From positions 494,589 through 558,588 of the forward strand of contig JBMNKL010000001.1 of assembly GCA_050952225.1 (NCBI GenBank): a stretch of 64,000 nt of DNA, written 5' to 3'. Each line of letters starts with the position of its first letter. The first letter of the stretch is position 1. Under the pieces are notes generated by a model, which saw nothing but the letters and a program-made list of their open reading frames with translations, was not told the DNA's origin and made no database searches. A program made the translations under genes and the position numbers. This stretch comes from Acetivibrionales bacterium. Its GTDB lineage: Bacteria > Bacillota > Clostridia > Acetivibrionales > DTU013. This document shows, piece by piece, positions 19,306 to 29,289 of the stretch.

Positions 19306-21585
19306 ATGAACCTGGAGCAAGTGCTGGATTATTTCAAATCCTCGGAAAAAATAATGAGGAATGTTACCTCGTGGGTGGAACTGCCCGCCAGGGAACCGGT
19401 ATACGCGGAATTTCCGGATTTTTTGGATAGCCGTATCAGGGAGGCGCTTCAAAGGAGAGGCGTAAGGCAGCTTTACTCTCACCAGGCTTCTGCCATCCAG
19501 GCTGTACGTGAGGGCGAAAACGTGGTGGTTGTGACGCCCACGGCTTCAGGTAAAACCCTGTGCTATAACGTGCCGGTGCTGGATGCGATCCTGAAGGACG
19601 AAGAGTCCAGGGCGCTTTTCCTGTTTCCCACCAAGGCGCTGTCGCAGGACCAGGTGTCGGAGCTCCATGAACTGATCACGGAAGCGGGCGTGGACGTAAA
19701 AACATACACCTATGACGGAGATACATCGCAAACAGCCAGGAAGGCCATCAGGCAGGCAGGACACATTGTCGTTACAAACCCTGACATGCTGCACAGCGGC
19801 ATCCTGCCCCACCACACAAAGTGGGTGAAGCTTTTTGAAAACCTCAAGTTTGTTGTAATCGACGAAATCCATCATTACAGGGGCGTATTCGGAAGCCACC
19901 TGGCGAATGTTATCAGGAGGCTTGCAAGAATATGCAGGTTTTATGGTTCAAACCCCCGTTTTATCTGCTGTTCCGCCACTATTGCCAACCCCGTCGAGCT
20001 TGCTTCAAGAATTATCGGCAAGGACGTAAAGCTTATCGATAACAACGGCGCGCCCTCGTCAAAAAAGCACATTATTTTCTATAACCCTCCGGTGGTCAAT
20101 AAAGAGCTTGGCATCAGGAGGAGCAACATGCTGGAGACCGAGGGGCTTGCGAGGACGCTTATACGCAACGGCGTTCAAACTATCGTGTTTACCAGGAGCA
20201 GGCTGAGCGTGGAGGTGCTGGTTACCTACCTCAGGGAAATGTTCAGTGGAAGCGGGGACGGAGAGAAGAAGGTGCGAGGTTACAGGGGAGGATATCTCCC
20301 GGGGCTGCGGCGCGAGATAGAGAGAGGCTTGAGGGAAGGGAGCATAACAGGCGTAGTGTCGACTAACGCGCTTGAACTGGGGATCGATATTGGGGCGCTG
20401 GAAGCATGCGTTATCTGCGGCTACCCGGGCACCATAGCCAGCACCTGGCAGCAGGCCGGGCGCGCAGGACGCAGGAGTGGTGTTTCTGCCGCTTTTCTTG
20501 TAGCGAGCAGCAGTCCTCTCGACCAGTACATTATAAACAACCCGGAATATTTCTTCGGCAAAAGCCCGGAGAACGGGATGATAAACCCGGACAACCTTGT
20601 TATCCTTTACAACCACATGAAATGCGCCGCTTTTGAGCTTCCGTTCGAAGACGGCGAAAAATTCGGAGTGGAGACTACGGAGGAAATTTTATCATACATG
20701 GAAGAGGCACGGCTGGTACGACACGTGGGCAACAGGTGGCACTGGATGTCCGACGCGTTTCCTGCCGAGAATATAAGCCTTAGGAGCGCGTCAAACGAAA
20801 ATATCATTATTATAGATATAACTGAGCCGAAGCCAGTCGTCATCGGTGAGGTGGACAGGTTCAGCGCGCCGATGCTGCTTCACGAGGAAGCGATTTATAT
20901 GCACGAGAGCGTGCAGTACCAGGTGGAAGAGCTGGACTTTGACGATAAGAAGGCTTACGTGCGCAGGGTGAATGTCGATTACTATACGGACGCAAACCTT
21001 GCCGTAGACCTGAAAGTACTGGATGTTTTCAGGGAGGGCGACGACGGGCGCGTGCATAAGAGCAGTGGTGAGGTATCGGTTACTTCACTGGTAACGATGT
21101 TTAAGAAAATAAAGCTACACACCCATGAGAATATTGGTTCAGGCCCCGTAACGCTGCCCGAGCTTGAGATGCATACAACGGCGTACTGGGTGAGCCTGCC
21201 CGGGGAAGTACCCGGTATGTCCCAGTCGGATGTGCAGAACGGTCTTCTCGGCATTTCAAATGTCCTGGCAAATGCGGCACCGATTTACCTTATGTGCGAC
21301 CCGAGGGACATACGGGTGGTGCACCAGGTCCGGGCCCCGTTCACGCAGCGACCGACGGTGTACATTTACGACAATTACCCGGGAGGCGTCGGGTTTAGCG
21401 ATAAACTGTACGAGCTTCACGGTGAGCTTTTTAAGACGGCGACGGACATGATCGGGCAATGCGGCTGCAGCAGTGGGTGCCCGTCATGTGTAGGGCCGCT
21501 GAATGAATTTACGGGGACGGATAATCCGAAGGAGTTGACGCTAAAGCTTATGAGGGCAGCCAGCGGGATGAGCCGGGAAGGATAA
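19306..21585 (+). CDS. mrfA: DEAD/DEAH-box helicase with a C-terminal DUF1998 Zn-finger domain (YprA/MrfA-like)
   Basis: Motif I VTPTASGKT, motif II VIDEIHHY, motif VI QQAGRAGRR, C-terminal CGCSSGCPSCVGP cysteine cluster. Confidence 0.8.
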   Translation: MNLEQVLDYFKSSEKIMRNVTSWVELPAREPVYAEFPDFLDSRIREALQRRGVRQLYSHQASAIQAVREGENVVVVTPTASGKTLCYNVPVLDAILKDEESRALFLFPTKALSQDQVSELHELITEAGVDVKTYTYDGDTSQTARKAIRQAGHIVVTNPDMLHSGILPHHTKWVKLFENLKFVVIDEIHHYRGVFGSHLANVIRRLARICRFYGSNPRFICCSATIANPVELASRIIGKDVKLIDNNGAPSSKKHIIFYNPPVVNKELGIRRSNMLETEGLARTLIRNGVQTIVFTRSRLSVEVLVTYLREMFSGSGDGEKKVRGYRGGYLPGLRREIERGLREGSITGVVSTNALELGIDIGALEACVICGYPGTIASTWQQAGRAGRRSGVSAAFLVASSSPLDQYIINNPEYFFGKSPENGMINPDNLVILYNHMKCAAFELPFEDGEKFGVETTEEILSYMEEARLVRHVGNRWHWMSDAFPAENISLRSASNENIIIIDITEPKPVVIGEVDRFSAPMLLHEEAIYMHESVQYQVEELDFDDKKAYVRRVNVDYYTDANLAVDLKVLDVFREGDDGRVHKSSGEVSVTSLVTMFKKIKLHTHENIGSGPVTLPELEMHTTAYWVSLPGEVPGMSQSDVQNGLLGISNVLANAAPIYLMCDPRDIRVVHQVRAPFTQRPTVYIYDNYPGGVGFSDKLYELHGELFKTATDMIGQCGCSSGCPSCVGPLNEFTGTDNPKELTLKLMRAASGMSREG

Positions 21586-21644
21586 GCCGGCGCGTCGGGC
21601 TGGGACAGGGTATTGCGTGACATATCGGATAGGAGTTTGTCCAG

Positions 21645-22880
21645 ATGGATTTGAGAAGCAAACTTCAACTATATAAAGAGAGCGCGAGCCGTGCGCCATT
21701 ACCACGGGCGCGGCATGGCGAGCGGGATATGGACGTGCTTGTGCCCGGTACCGTGCTGGAAAACGAGCATGGCACATGCTATGTTATTGAAAATAAGTAC
21801 CCGCTGTCGTACCTGTACGGGGGATGCAGCATCGGGGATGCGCTGGATATCGGGGAAGATACTGTCGCCACGCTGGGAGGAGCCGGCTGCAAGGCGGTGC
21901 GGCCAGAAAAACTGCTTTACCTTGATACGGAGACGACAGGCCTTTCCGGCGGCGCCGGTACGGTGGCTTTCCTGGTTGGTGCCGGTTTCTTCGAAAAGGA
22001 GGCTTTTGTTATCCGGCAGTATTTTATGCGGGACTATGATGAAGAAGCTGCAATGCTGCAGGAATTGCAGCAGCTTTTTGCTGAATGCCAGGGGTTTGTG
22101 ACATTCAACGGAAAAGCGTTCGACATGAATTTACTGCAAAGCAGGTTCATATCCAACCGCTTTAAGCCTTTCTTCAAAGATATGCCCAACCTGGACCTGC
22201 TTTACCCGGCGCGTAGAACCTGGGGATTGAAGCTGGAAAGCTGCAGGCTTGTCTCCCTTGAGGAGAACATACTTGGCGAAACCAGGAGCGGCGATATACC
22301 GGGGGAGCTGATCCCTGCCGTATATTTCAAATACCTCGACGACAGGGACGCAAGCGAAATCAAGAGGGTTGTAAAGCATAATGAGCAGGATATCCTTTCG
22401 ATGGTCTCACTTCTTTGCAGGCTGGCGGAGATGATAGCAAACCCGATTTCGGAGACCGACGGCGGCTTTGAGCTTCTCGGCATGAGCAGGCTTTTTGAAG
22501 CTGACGGGAGAATTGACGACATGCTTGAATGCCTTGAAGCCTTAACGGCATCAGAGCATTTCAACATCCGCATGAACGCTGTGAAACGCCTGACAAGGGT
22601 GTACAAGAGAAACGGAAGATATGACCGCGCGCTGGAGCATTGGAAGGCTGTCGAAGCCGAAAACCCGGGTTTCGAATGCTTCCACCTGGTAGAGTTGGCC
22701 AAGTATTACGAACATAAGGCAAAAGACTATAACATGGCTTTGCACGCGACAAACAAGGCCATGGAAAGCTGTATCCGCGCGGGATTTGCAGGCGGCAGGC
22801 AATTGGAAGAATTGAGGAAGCGCAAGGACAGGCTGATAAAAAAGCTAAACCGCAGTGGCGCCTTGAGCCGGGAATCCTGA
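21645..22880 (+). CDS. mrfB: RNase-H-fold exonuclease with a TPR-like tail (YprB/MrfB-like)
   Basis: LYLDTETTGLSGGAGTVAFLVG DEDD exonuclease motif I and HNEQDILS motif III. Immediately downstream of the helicase. Confidence 0.7.
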   Translation: MDLRSKLQLYKESASRAPLPRARHGERDMDVLVPGTVLENEHGTCYVIENKYPLSYLYGGCSIGDALDIGEDTVATLGGAGCKAVRPEKLLYLDTETTGLSGGAGTVAFLVGAGFFEKEAFVIRQYFMRDYDEEAAMLQELQQLFAECQGFVTFNGKAFDMNLLQSRFISNRFKPFFKDMPNLDLLYPARRTWGLKLESCRLVSLEENILGETRSGDIPGELIPAVYFKYLDDRDASEIKRVVKHNEQDILSMVSLLCRLAEMIANPISETDGGFELLGMSRLFEADGRIDDMLECLEALTASEHFNIRMNAVKRLTRVYKRNGRYDRALEHWKAVEAENPGFECFHLVELAKYYEHKAKDYNMALHATNKAMESCIRAGFAGGRQLEELRKRKDRLIKKLNRSGALSRES

Positions 22881-22983
22881 ACGAAACCCCTGCAAAGAAA
22901 TCGAAATGAAATTGGCATTTAACTGTCATATTAATTTATTCCTCTAATAAAAATTAACAAGAGAATTTACTTGGAGCAATCAT

Positions 22984-24528
22984 GTGCGAAAATCTTTTAT
23001 AAGCGGCGTGGTGATACTTGCGGCGGCAGGATTGGTAGCCAGGCTTTTTGGATTTTTTTCAAGGATTTACCTGTCAAATCTCGCAGGGGCTGAAGGAATC
23101 GGGCTTTATGAACTGGTGTTGCCGGTATATACCGCGGTTGTGCTTACCATAACTTCGGGAATTATCATTGCGGTATCAAAAATGGTCGCCGAGCAGAACG
23201 CGCGGCGAAACCGGTTTGAAACGGGAAGGATTACAATGTGCGCCCTGGCGCTTGTTACCGCTGCCGGTGCGCTTGTTTCCCTGTTTATTTTTGCAAATGC
23301 AGGTGTAATCAGCAAGTACGTTCTGGGTGATGCGAGGACCCGTAATGCGCTTTTGGTCCTTGCGGTATGCTTGCCGGCAGTCGTCGCCGGAGCTGCCCTG
23401 AAGGGGTATTTTTACGGTATGCAGCTAGTTATGCCTGCTGCATTTTCACAGGTAGCCGAGCAGGCAGTAAAACTTAGCGTATTGATTGCCCTGTCGAAAG
23501 GAGTTGCTGAAAGCGGGGCGGAGTACGCATGCTCCATTGCCACGCTGGCGGCGCTGTTGGGCGAGATGGCAAACCTTGCTGTCCTCTCGGTTGTTTTTGC
23601 TATAAGACAAAAGCGTATTTCCAGGGAAAGAGGCGTTGGAAAGCCCCAAAGGAAAAGAAAAATCATTGCCTGCCTGCTGAAGTCGGCGGTTCCTGTTTCG
23701 GCAAACAGGCTGGTTGTTTCGACCCTGTCGGCAGCCGAGCTTATCCTTATACCCGTAATGCTTGCGGCCGGCGGGCTTGACGGCAAGAGCAGCATGGAAA
23801 TGTTCGGCCGGCTGACCGGCATGGCGATGCCGCTTATAATGTTTCCCTCGCTGGTCACAAATTCGCTGGCCACTTCGCTAGTGCCGGCAATCTCCGAATC
23901 GGTAACGCTCAGAAACCGGAAATCTGTCGGTTACCAGGTTTCGAAGGCCATACAAGCTACGTTTATCCTCGGAATATTTTTCTCCTCGTTGTTTCTATGT
24001 TATCCGGATGACATTGGTTCGCTTATCTACAGGCGCGAGAGTATCGGGGATCTTTTATTTATGCTGTCTTTTTCATGTGCGTTTGTCTACTTGCAGCAGA
24101 CAATGGCAGGCATTATGAACGGCCTGGGCAAGCAGGGCGTTCTCCTGGTAAATACCGTTATCGGACTGTCGATGAGAATAGGGGCTATTTATTTCCTGGT
24201 GCCAGTCATGGGTGTCAAAGGTTATATCATCGGTTTTATCATTAGCCTGGTAGTAGCTGAAATCCTCAATCTTTCAGCAATTCACAAGATAACCGGAATG
24301 GTGTTTGACTTGCGGAACTGGCTGATTAAACCGGGGCTTGTTGGATTCGTAGTAGTCATTACGGGTAAATGCATTCGTTGGCTTTTTGATATGTTTCACG
24401 TTGGGGCGCCGCTGGCCACGTTATTATCATTGTCTGCAAGCGCGATGACAGCAGCCTTTCTAATGGTGACAGCCGGCGTTTTGAAGCCGCAGGAAATTCT
24501 AAGAACAGCCGGTTTAAAAAAAGGCTGA
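22984..24528 (+). CDS. MOP-superfamily polysaccharide/lipid-II flippase-like protein (SpoVB-like)
   Basis: 514 aa, about 14 TM helices, N-terminus GVVILAAAGLVARLFGFFSRIYLSNLAGAEGIGLY typical of SpoVB/MurJ-type proteins. Confidence 0.65.
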   Translation: MRKSFISGVVILAAAGLVARLFGFFSRIYLSNLAGAEGIGLYELVLPVYTAVVLTITSGIIIAVSKMVAEQNARRNRFETGRITMCALALVTAAGALVSLFIFANAGVISKYVLGDARTRNALLVLAVCLPAVVAGAALKGYFYGMQLVMPAAFSQVAEQAVKLSVLIALSKGVAESGAEYACSIATLAALLGEMANLAVLSVVFAIRQKRISRERGVGKPQRKRKIIACLLKSAVPVSANRLVVSTLSAAELILIPVMLAAGGLDGKSSMEMFGRLTGMAMPLIMFPSLVTNSLATSLVPAISESVTLRNRKSVGYQVSKAIQATFILGIFFSSLFLCYPDDIGSLIYRRESIGDLLFMLSFSCAFVYLQQTMAGIMNGLGKQGVLLVNTVIGLSMRIGAIYFLVPVMGVKGYIIGFIISLVVAEILNLSAIHKITGMVFDLRNWLIKPGLVGFVVVITGKCIRWLFDMFHVGAPLATLLSLSASAMTAAFLMVTAGVLKPQEILRTAGLKKG

Positions 24529-24592
24529 AATTTCGAGAAAAACTGAAAGATCTGCATGTATTTCACAATAATGACTTTACGCGGGATTAAAT

Positions 24593-24609
24593 GGTCAAAG
24601 ATAGTCAAA
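24593..24609 (+). promoter_or_regulatory. CtsR operator candidate 1
   Basis: GGTCAAAGATAGTCAAA matches the heptad direct repeat consensus (A/G)GTCAAA-NAN-(A/G)GTCAAA exactly. Confidence 0.7.
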
Positions 24610-24617
24610 ATCAAACA

Positions 24618-24646
24618 TTGCTACATAGGCAATAATGGTTTACAAT
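24618..24646 (+). promoter_or_regulatory. Sigma-A-type promoter candidate for hsp20
   Basis: TTGCTA, 17 nt, TACAAT, bracketed by the two CtsR boxes. Confidence 0.5.
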
Positions 24647-24654
24647 AAAGCCAA

Positions 24655-24671
24655 GGTCAAAGAAAGTCAAA
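24655..24671 (+). promoter_or_regulatory. CtsR operator candidate 2
   Basis: GGTCAAAGAAAGTCAAA is a second exact match, just downstream of the -10 element. Both boxes sit in 27-nt near-identical repeats (...CAAACATT). Confidence 0.7.
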
Positions 24672-24753
24672 GACAAACATTAAGTAACACGTACGAATGC
24701 TGACTTGATTATCCTGGAAATAGTATGAATTTAAAATTGCGGAGGTGTTGTGT

Positions 24754-25206
24754 ATGTTCGGATTGGTTCCATTTAGAAGAAAGGTAAATGATTTGGCTGC
24801 GAGGAGGGACTTCTTTGATTTGGAGAATTTCTTTGAGGACTTCTGGAGCTGGCCGTTTACGACAGGATTCGTTGCTGCGCCGCACCCGATCAAGGCGGAT
24901 ATAAAGGAGACAGACAAAGAGTACATCATAGAGGCTGACCTTCCGGGTGTAAGAAAAGAAGACATCAGGCTGGAGCTGAAAAACGACGTGCTTACAATCG
25001 GAGTAGAACATAATGAACAGATTGACGAGAAGAGGGAGAATTACATCAGGAAAGAGAGAAGGTACGGGTCATATTGCAGGAGTTTCCGGGTTGACGGCGT
25101 AAAGCATGAAAATGTTAAGGCAAAATACAATGACGGAGTGCTTACCGTGCATTTGCCCAAGACGGAAGAGGATAAACCGAAGACACACAGGATAGACATC
25201 AACTGA
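24754..25206 (+). CDS. Hsp20/alpha-crystallin small heat-shock protein
   Basis: Alpha-crystallin core (ADIKETDKEYIIEADLPGVRKEDIRLELKNDVLTI ... YGSYCRSFRV ... GVLTVHLPK). GGAGGTG RBS before the ATG at 24754. Confidence 0.9.
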   Translation: MFGLVPFRRKVNDLAARRDFFDLENFFEDFWSWPFTTGFVAAPHPIKADIKETDKEYIIEADLPGVRKEDIRLELKNDVLTIGVEHNEQIDEKRENYIRKERRYGSYCRSFRVDGVKHENVKAKYNDGVLTVHLPKTEEDKPKTHRIDIN

Positions 25207-25354
25207 TAAGCCCTGTCTTAGAAAGCTACAGATGAGAACCAACTTATTATACTCAATATATATCCTCTTTTCGTTAATAGCTTTGACATCAGTGCGCTTT
25301 GATAAAGTACCGGCATATGTAAAAATCCAAAGAGACAGGGCTTTTAAATAGAAT

Positions 25355-25385
25355 GAAGCTGCTTTAGGGCAGCTTCTTTATTTTA
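25355..25385. terminator. Hairpin terminator between the convergent hsp20 and O-antigen-ligase genes
   Basis: GAAGCTGC / GCAGCTTC stem followed by TTTATTTTA on the plus strand. Confidence 0.6.
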
Positions 25386-26852
25386 TTGTCTTATTCCGGC
25401 AGGTACGTTCGTGCCTTCGAATGCGGTTTCATTTTGTTCTTTTCTTGCCAGGTTAAGCGCTGCATACAGTATTGCCGCTATAATCCAGAACAGCAGGAGG
25501 ATTCTTTTGAAAAACCATACATGCTCGACAAATCCGATTACAAGGAGGCCTGATATGGCGGCCAGTGATGCTGCCAGTATGTTGTTTAAGCCGGCATTTC
25601 CTTTTTCGCGCATTGCGGTAAAAGTATTTTTAAGCATTCTCACCAACATGGCCAGAAAACTCAAAACACCAAGCAATCCCGTTTCAAGCCACAACTGTAT
25701 GTAAAAAATGTGTGTGTGCGCCACTACTGACAAGCCGGGAACTTTATACCTGTTAAATATCAGGTTTACCGCATTATTGCCAAGCCCGACCCCCGTAACC
25801 CAATAATCCCTTAACACGGATACGGCGGTATCGAATATTTTCTTTCTGAATTCCAGGGAGGAATCGTTCGGGTTGAATATGGTCAGTATCCTGTTATAGA
25901 TGGGAGCGGGCAAAAATGGCAGCGCGACCAGGCCGATAATCATAAATACGGGCACGAGCCTTATATTCCAGAAAAGCAAAAATACAAGCACGGATATGGC
26001 AAACGCGCCCCAGGCCGCCCTGGAACCGGTTTTTAACAGTACTAGAACCATGGGTAACATCAAAAGTGCCCACAGGATTTTCTTCAGCCAGGTTTTTTCG
26101 TTTATGATAAGTGCGAAAAAAAAAGGTATCGTCATAACCAGGAATTCGCCGTAAACGTTGGCGTTGCCCATTGTAGAATACACCCTCCCGCCGAGGTCCT
26201 GGCTTAGCGCCAGGTCTGTTTCAAGGGGGTTTACCGGGATGCCGACAATTTTCCACTGGTAAATGCCATAAATCGCCGTCAGAAAAGCAGCAGCCGAAAT
26301 CATTTTTATAAACGTGTCCAGCTGCTTTGCGGAGTTAATTGAGCTTACAGTAACTACAAGAGTTAAAAAGCATATGAAGTAAAAGATGATGAAACTCAGG
26401 CTTTCGGATAAAAACATCGATGTCGCTCCCGCCATGAATACGACCAGGAAAAACAACACGGCGGAGTGGTCCGCTGCAGCCAGGTTAAAGCCGTCCCCGG
26501 CAGACGTCATTGTTTTTAACAGGAAAACGGCAAAGAGCAGGATGGTCAGGTATACGCTATATTCGTTGTGCCACAGGTGATGGGGGACCAGCATGGTCAC
26601 GGCCAGGCACAATCCGACCATGATGTGCATCTTATCGGCCAGGTATTCCATGACTTTTATAAAAAAGCTGCCGTCAAATGCATGCTTCCATTTTGCAAAC
26701 AAACGATTAAGGAAACTATAGAGAGCATTGAACAGGAAATTCAAAACAGAGAAAAATATGCTTTCGTTCCAGGAATCCCGCGAATAATCCGGGCTGGCGA
26801 AGTAGTTTAATATTCTGCTGTTATTTACCGCGTTTTTTAAGAAATTTGCCAT
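25383..26852 (-). CDS. O-antigen ligase / Wzy_C-family polytopic membrane protein
   Basis: 489 aa with at least 10 TM helices and a central loop with the LLKTGSRAAWGAFAI motif typical of the Wzy_C family. Confidence 0.65.
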   Translation of the reverse strand: MANFLKNAVNNSRILNYFASPDYSRDSWNESIFFSVLNFLFNALYSFLNRLFAKWKHAFDGSFFIKVMEYLADKMHIMVGLCLAVTMLVPHHLWHNEYSVYLTILLFAVFLLKTMTSAGDGFNLAAADHSAVLFFLVVFMAGATSMFLSESLSFIIFYFICFLTLVVTVSSINSAKQLDTFIKMISAAAFLTAIYGIYQWKIVGIPVNPLETDLALSQDLGGRVYSTMGNANVYGEFLVMTIPFFFALIINEKTWLKKILWALLMLPMVLVLLKTGSRAAWGAFAISVLVFLLFWNIRLVPVFMIIGLVALPFLPAPIYNRILTIFNPNDSSLEFRKKIFDTAVSVLRDYWVTGVGLGNNAVNLIFNRYKVPGLSVVAHTHIFYIQLWLETGLLGVLSFLAMLVRMLKNTFTAMREKGNAGLNNILAASLAAISGLLVIGFVEHVWFFKRILLLFWIIAAILYAALNLARKEQNETAFEGTNVPAGIRQ

Positions 26853-26880
26853 ATGTCCACCTGTCTATTTATTCACCTTA

Positions 26881-27354
26881 CTATTCAGCCTTGGCAATCT
26901 TAGATATTCTTCCGTCTTTCAGCGTGCATTTTCCGACATTAAGCGTTACCGTCAGGCCCACGTGATATACCGAGTTTCCTATGGTTACGCCGTTTTTGCC
27001 GATTATGCCCTCGGCTTCCATTGTCAACACCAGCGAAGAGTACCCTTCCCTGCTGGAAGATACGAGCTGCCCGTCGTCCCCGCTGCTCCAGAAGATCGAA
27101 TCACCGGTGGTGATTTCCGTTACCTTGCCGAAGCTGGAATTTTGGACTGATTCTATCACCGGGTCTCCTGTTTTTATTGCCTTGACAATATTATCTTGAA
27201 CGTTTTCCATGTAAAAGGAAACCAGTATTTTTTCCTTGGGAGTTACCGGAGCGGCTACGCTTGCCTTTGAAAATTTGTACACCGTCCCGGCGATGCATAC
27301 AAGCAGAATTATGATGATTACCAGGTCTATCCACGTAAATTTCCTTTTTGCCAT
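26881..27354 (-). CDS. Single-pass membrane-anchored protein, DUF4330-like (paralog A)
   Basis: N-terminal anchor (WIDLVIIIILLVCIAGTVY) plus a beta-rich ectodomain. Paralogous to the adjacent gene (shared ...GDP...S...FG.V........W......G.......GYSS...T.EA... pattern). Confidence 0.5.
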   Translation of the reverse strand: MAKRKFTWIDLVIIIILLVCIAGTVYKFSKASVAAPVTPKEKILVSFYMENVQDNIVKAIKTGDPVIESVQNSSFGKVTEITTGDSIFWSSGDDGQLVSSSREGYSSLVLTMEAEGIIGKNGVTIGNSVYHVGLTVTLNVGKCTLKDGRISKIAKAE

Positions 27355-27355
27355 G

Positions 27356-27853
27356 TCAATCCTCCTCGACTTTAACAGCGTCGTAAATCCTGCACCATAT
27401 TACGGAGGTGCCGAACCTGACATTTAGAGCCTGCCCGATATAAAACCTTGAACCGCCTGTTATTATGCCGTTTGAATCGAGCAGGGCATTCGCCTCGGTT
27501 GTTATAAATACGGATGAATACCCCGCTTTCGTGGATTTTACCTGTTTCCCGTCTTTATCCACTCCCCAGGAAACAGACTTGTCCGATTTTATATCGACTA
27601 CATTACCCAGGTTCGCGTTTTTGAGAGAATCGCTTGCAGGGTCGCCGATTTTTATATTTTCAACCGTGAATGTGCTGACTTCTTCCTGGTAAAAGGTTAT
27701 CCTGATTTTTTCGGTGTTTACCGTTACCGCCTGTTTTGGCGAAAATATCCCCAGCCTTGCGGCTGCAAACAGCAGGACCGCCAGCAATACTATAACGATT
27801 ATTATATCAATTATACTGATTTTGCCAAACAGCTTGCCGTTTTTTATAATCAT
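27356..27853 (-). CDS. Single-pass membrane-anchored protein, DUF4330-like (paralog B)
   Basis: MIIKNGKLFGKISIIDIIIVIVLL N-terminus. The start at 27853 has a GGAAGTG RBS (ORF track start 27901). One nucleotide separates it from paralog A. Confidence 0.5.
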   Translation of the reverse strand: MIIKNGKLFGKISIIDIIIVIVLLAVLLFAAARLGIFSPKQAVTVNTEKIRITFYQEEVSTFTVENIKIGDPASDSLKNANLGNVVDIKSDKSVSWGVDKDGKQVKSTKAGYSSVFITTEANALLDSNGIITGGSRFYIGQALNVRFGTSVIWCRIYDAVKVEED

Positions 27854-27990
27854 AAAAGAATCACTTCCTTTGCATCCTTTGCAAGAGCCCTGTATTGTCA
27901 CGCAATAAGTTTTTTATACGCTTTTCGCAGGGCGATAAGGCAGTTTGGCCGGCGGTTCCGCGCATACATGGCTTTGCTGCCCGTGTAACC

Positions 27991-29095
27991 CTAATGTTTA
28001 TATAAATTATAAGTTTCTTCGGCTGCTTTATCAAGGCAAAAGTGTTCCCTGATAATCCTGGATCCGTTTTCCACGTATAGGTTTCTCAATTCCTTTTCCC
28101 GGGCCAGCTTGGCGAGGCTTTCGGCCAATGCCTTTTTGTCGCCGTAATTTATCAATATGCCGTTTTCAAAGCGGCTATTTACAATTTCCGCCGCACCGCC
28201 GCTGTCCGTGGATATTACGGGAATACCCGCCGCCATGGCTTCCAGTATCGATATGCCCAGCGACTCGCTTTTCGAGTGGGAAATAAAAATATCGGAGCTT
28301 TTCAGTAAGTTTTTAATATCATCGATATAGCCGGTAAATATGATGTCGTTTTGCAGCCCAAGCGCCCCGGCCTTTTTCACTATTTCCCCGCGCAATTCAC
28401 CGTCGCCTGCCAGGACGAACCTGAATTTGCCCGATGCGACGCCGAGCTCTTCCATATGTTCTTTAAAGTAACCTATGGCGTCGATGAAAAATTCATGCCC
28501 TTTTTCCTCGGAGAACCTTGCAATCGATGTTACCAGTATTTCATCCGCGGAAATGCCATGCTCCTTCCTGAAAGTGGGCGTGACCGGAATGCTCCATTCT
28601 TCAAGGTCTATCCCGGTATATATCAACTCGACCTTGCCGGGATTGATCCCTTCGCTGATAAGCTGCTCCCTCACGCTGTTGCTGACGGCGATAATTTTAC
28701 TGTTAAACCTGGTAAAAAAGCGGTTTGCGGCGATGACCCGCTTCGTGTTTTTAAAAAGCATATGCCTGGTATTGATGATCTTTACCTTGTTTCCAAGTAT
28801 TTTTGAAAGGACGGCGATATAGTTTTCCCTCAAAAAATGCGTATGAACCACGTCTATCGACAGCCTGGCGCACAATGCCTTAAGCCCGGCGGCTGCCCTG
28901 ATATCAAGCGGATTTCTCATTTCTAACCTTAGCAGGTCAATCCCGCTTCTTCGAAAAGCTCCCTTCCGCCGCCTTCCTCCGAATACGCGGATAAAACCTG
29001 CATAGCCTGTTGTGGAGCTTTTTTGCCAGCAGGCATATGTATTTTTCGGACCCGCCGCGGCCGAGGTGGTTAATCAGGTGCAGAATATTCAGCAT
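27991..29095 (-). pseudogene. GT4-family glycosyltransferase, single-nucleotide frameshift near 29015
   Basis: N-terminus MLNILHLINHLGRGGSEKY (ORF 28937-29179 frame) joins ...GYAGFIRVFGG...DVVHTHFLREN and the C-terminal EX7E-type region (SESLGISILEAMAAGIPVIST) in the adjacent frame. Confidence 0.7.
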
Positions 29096-29289
29096 CTTCG
29101 TACCTTCCGTAATTTTATATGGAAATATTATACCATATAATTTCTTGCGAAAAAGATAAATCAAACTTATAATTATCACGAGCGGATTTACAAGGCAACA
29201 TACGATTTACGGTGCAGCACGGAAATTCCGCGTGAGAATCGCAAGGTGAACCGCAAGGTTGAAACCGGCGAAACAGGATGTGACCATTA

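Noticed and set aside
25208-25343. 11-bp inverted repeat (AAGCCCTGTCT ... AGACAGGGCTT) spanning 115 nt after hsp20
   Set aside because: It could be a long-range stem, but the interior is AT-rich and unstructured. The shorter GAAGCTGC/GCAGCTTC hairpin with a T-run already explains termination, and nothing supports a mobile element.
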